Shown here: piece after piece, positions 60,701-64,000 of the stretch
Layout of the letters: the number at the start of each line of letters is the position of its first letter
Numbering within the stretch: position 1 is the first letter of the stretch
NCBI GenBank assembly: GCA_964016885.1
Contig: OZ024742.1
Coordinates: 125,488,001 to 125,552,000 of the forward strand
From: Eledone cirrhosa
Taxonomy: Eukaryota
Direction: 5' to 3'
DNA length: 64,000 nt
Translations under genes and position numbers: made by a program
The notes under the pieces: model-generated
Seen by the model: only the letters and a program-made list of their open reading frames with translations
Database searches by the model: none
What the model was told of the DNA's origin: nothing

Positions 60701-61140
60701 TGCCGACAGTGCTTTATGCGAGCGAGACCTGGAAGAGTACGGCAAAAATAGAGAGACGACTGAACGCTTTCCACCAGCGGTGCCTGTGAAAGATCCTTCA
60801 TGTGTCCTGGCGCGACCGAGTGCAAAATAGAGGAGATCCTGCGGAGAGCCGAGTCATGGACCCTACAGAGAGTGGTCACGGAGCGTCGGTGCCGTCTGGC
60901 TTGCCATATTCTGCGTCTGCCAAATGAACGACATTCGAAAGCAGCGATGAACTAGACTCTGCCTCGCGGTAAACGGAGGCGGGGTTGCCCAAGGATCCTC
61001 TGGCGACGAACGTTCCGGAAGGACCTGATGGCAGTCAACATCACATGGCACGGTCTCGAAAAAGTTGCCGCTGATCGTGACCGTTGGCGAGTACTTACTG
61101 CTCGATGCGCCGAACGGCGCGGAAGAATCTAAGACTAAGA
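60697..61140 (+). mobile_element. 3' fragment of another RTE-group LINE
   Basis: [39 protein letters not shown]. Ends with CTAAGACTAAGA. Confidence 0.85.
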
Positions 61141-61246
61141 TATATATATATATATATAGAGACATATATCATATTTAATATGGAAATGGCTTCTACAGGA
61201 CTAGAACTGTTTTATTCAAAAGAAATGATTGTTATATATATGGATA

Positions 61247-61279
<33 letters not shown>

Positions 61280-61350
61280 TATATATACACACACACACAC
61301 ACACATGTATATATATGTGTGTGTATGTGTGTATATGTGTGTGTATGTGA

Positions 61351-61415
<65 letters not shown>

Positions 61416-61507
61416 TATACACACACACTCACAGACACACACTCACACACACATGTATATATATATGTGTGTGTATGTGTGTGTGTGTATGTGAGTGTGT
61501 GTGTATA

Positions 61508-61540
<33 letters not shown>

Positions 61541-61590
61541 TTATATACATATATACACACACACACTCACAGACAGACACTCACACGCAC

Positions 61591-61693
<103 letters not shown>

Positions 61694-61739
61694 TGTGTGT
61701 TTGTGTATATATGTGTATATATATATATATATATTATAC

Positions 61740-62740
61740 ATAAAGAATGAATAATAACAGGTAGACATCATAAAAAGGTTTTTTATTCCGTGTGCTTACA
61801 AATGTTTCCACGGTGGTTATACAGCCTAGTTATGCTATGTGCAAATTTACAACTATTTGCAAAACTCAAATATCAAATGCTGTGACCACTGTATCATCAG
61901 AGCAGAATGGTTAAAATGTACAATGTAAATACCCTTAAGTGAGGTTATTGGAGAAGATAGAGTAGAAAAGGAAGAGAGAAAAGTAGGGGAGAGGAAGAGA
62001 GAGAGAAAGATATGCAGGGGTTGGAGTAATAGGAGAGAGTGGTTTGTAGATATCTTAATCAAAATGTTATGGTAGGGGTTTTATTATACTAGTCACTCTT
62101 AGAGCGACCACCTTAAGCGATGCGTTGATAGTCAATGTTGGAATTATTTATTGGCCCAGAGGGCAGGTTCATAGATGTGGAGAGGGAGGGAGGTAGGACA
62201 AAGGCGAGAGAGAGAGTGGAATGGATATCACTCCAACCCCTGCATATCTTTCTCTCTCTTCCTCTCCCCTACTTTTCTCTCTTCCTTTTCTACTCTATCT
62301 TCTCCAACAACCCCACTTAAGGGTATTTACATCGTACATTTTAACCATTCTGCTCTGATGATACAGTGGTCACAGCATTTGATATTTGAGTTTTGCAAAT
62401 AGTTGTAAATTTGCACATAGCATAACTAGGCTGTATAACCACCGTGGAAACATTTGTAAGCACACGGAATAAAAAACCTTTTTATGATGTCTACCTGTTA
62501 TTATTCATTCTTTATCTACACTCCGGAATACAGAAGGATCAGGAACTAAGTTTCTTCAACAATTCTTCCATAACTCGTTGAGTAACCTCTCACCGTACGT
62601 CAACCATATCCAGTGTAGTAATTAACCATTACTGGATCTAGGATAATCCTATACCTAATATATTATACATATATATAACTTTCACATATATAACTTTCAT
62701 TTCACGATTGTGAATACAATTCTCTTACTACTCAGCCATG
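61740..62740. mobile_element. PLE 3' remnant with inverted pLTR (arms 61740-62027 and 62230-62515)
   Basis: ~287-bp near-perfect inverted repeat with an HHR in each arm. The spacer's minus strand reads HIYEPALWANK, like a PLE endonuclease C-terminus. Confidence 0.75.
62351..62462 (+). ncRNA. Type I hammerhead with branched ~85-nt domain II (family K; mirror copy 61793-61904 on the minus strand)
   Basis: TGCT-CTGATGA-TACAGTGGT...ACCACCGTG-GAAA-CATTTG-TA-AGCA. Inner pairs ACAGC/GCTGT and TGCAAAT/ATTTGCA. Confidence 0.82.
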
Positions 62741-62785
62741 TGCGATGTGTGAATGTGTATGTTTATACATATGTATTTGTGTGTG

Positions 62786-62916
<131 letters not shown>

Positions 62917-62934
62917 TTATATATATATATATCT

Positions 62935-63600
62935 TTAGGTGACATATATCATATTGTAACGAAGGTTCTGTCTGTTTTGTAAGGCTTAATAAAACAATCA
63001 AAAGCACATAGACTGTTTTAATCGTTAATTTAGTTACTATTCTTTTCTATGATCTCTCTCCATCTGTCTATAAGCTTTTTAATGCCACGTTCATAAAATT
63101 ATTTGGGTTTTCAACTAAAAGAAGGTAACTAACTCATTTTCGATTTCCACTTTTGTAGTAAGGCACAATTCACTCAAATGATTTTGCAAACTTCCAAAAA
63201 GATGGTAATCTGTTCTCAGGAGGCCCGGGGAATGTGGTGGGTGAACTATAAATTGCCAGGGACATTTTTCTAGGAGATCTTTCGGCTTTTGTACAGTGTG
63301 ATGTCTAGCATTATCATGATGATGGATGACTTCTTTTCTGTTTATTAATGACTGCCGATTTTGCTGCACACTGCTTTCAAACATCTTAGCTGTTGGCAAT
63401 AGATTTCGGCTGCTATTGTTTGATTATCGCCTAGCAGCTCATGATGAATTATTCCCATCATATCCCACCACGCACACACAAAATAATCTTTTTTGGATGC
63501 TGGTCACTTCTGGGCTACTGAGCTGGCTCTTCACCTCAACTGAGCTACTGACTTCATCGTTTAACATTATGATAAAGTATCCATTTCTGATCTCATAACT
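62935..63600 (-). mobile_element. Mariner (Tc1/mariner) transposase remnant
   Basis: HHHDNARHHT and HPPHSPGLLRTDYHLFGSLQNHL (degenerate HDNARPH and YSPDLAP.DY motifs). Confidence 0.85.
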
Positions 63601-63689
63601 AAATCAATGCTATTAGAGTTTATTTAAGAACAAGATAATATACTTTACTAGGGTATATGACGGATCTAAGAAAATATTAAATACATATA

Positions 63690-64000
63690 TCATTCGCCAC
63701 TAAACTATATATAATATCTGTCTCTAAACTACATATACTATCCGACACTAAACTACATATACTATGAGACACTAAACTACATATACTATGAGACACTAAA
63801 ATACATATACTATAAGACACTAAGCTATCCTTTTCTACCTACATATACTATTTGTTTCTAAACTGCATATAATATCTGTCTCAAACTACATATGCTATCT
63901 GTCTCTAAACTACATATAATATTTGTCTCTAGATTATATATAATATCTGACATTAAACTAAATATTCTGTCTGCCACTAAGCAACATATGCTATCTGTCT
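63690..64000. repeat. Degenerate ~24-bp minisatellite (ACTAAACTACATATACTATGAGAC-like)
   Basis: Repeated TAAACTACATATA core. Confidence 0.8.

Overview
Repeat-dominated eukaryotic DNA with no recognisable host gene. It is probably from an invertebrate; the TA-richness and CORE-type SINEs would fit a cephalopod, but that is inference. (TA)n microsatellite fields are interrupted by many insertions: a decayed Naiad-type Penelope-like element (PLE), two Cys-linker (Neptune-like) PLE insertions with Asn-rich inserts, a near-intact RTE LINE, two RTE-derived bipartite SINEs, a decayed CR1-group LINE, tRNA/CORE SINEs and a mariner remnant. The main hidden signal is RNA. By eye I find about 34 type I hammerhead ribozyme (HHR) motifs from about 11 sequence families. 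They include a 13 x 469 bp tandem array with one HHR per monomer and a diverged sister array whose HHR shows compensatory changes (retrozyme-like, with a predicted 469-nt circular RNA). There is also a second ~552-bp non-coding HHR family, and several HHRs with greatly enlarged (50-116 nt), often branched domain II and core variants (U4C, U4A, U3-A8). The non-coding HHR elements show the same tandem-plus-5'-inversion geometry and TA-tract targeting as the autonomous PLEs, which suggests a PLE-driven retrozyme community. All RNA structures were read manually; none was computed or tested.
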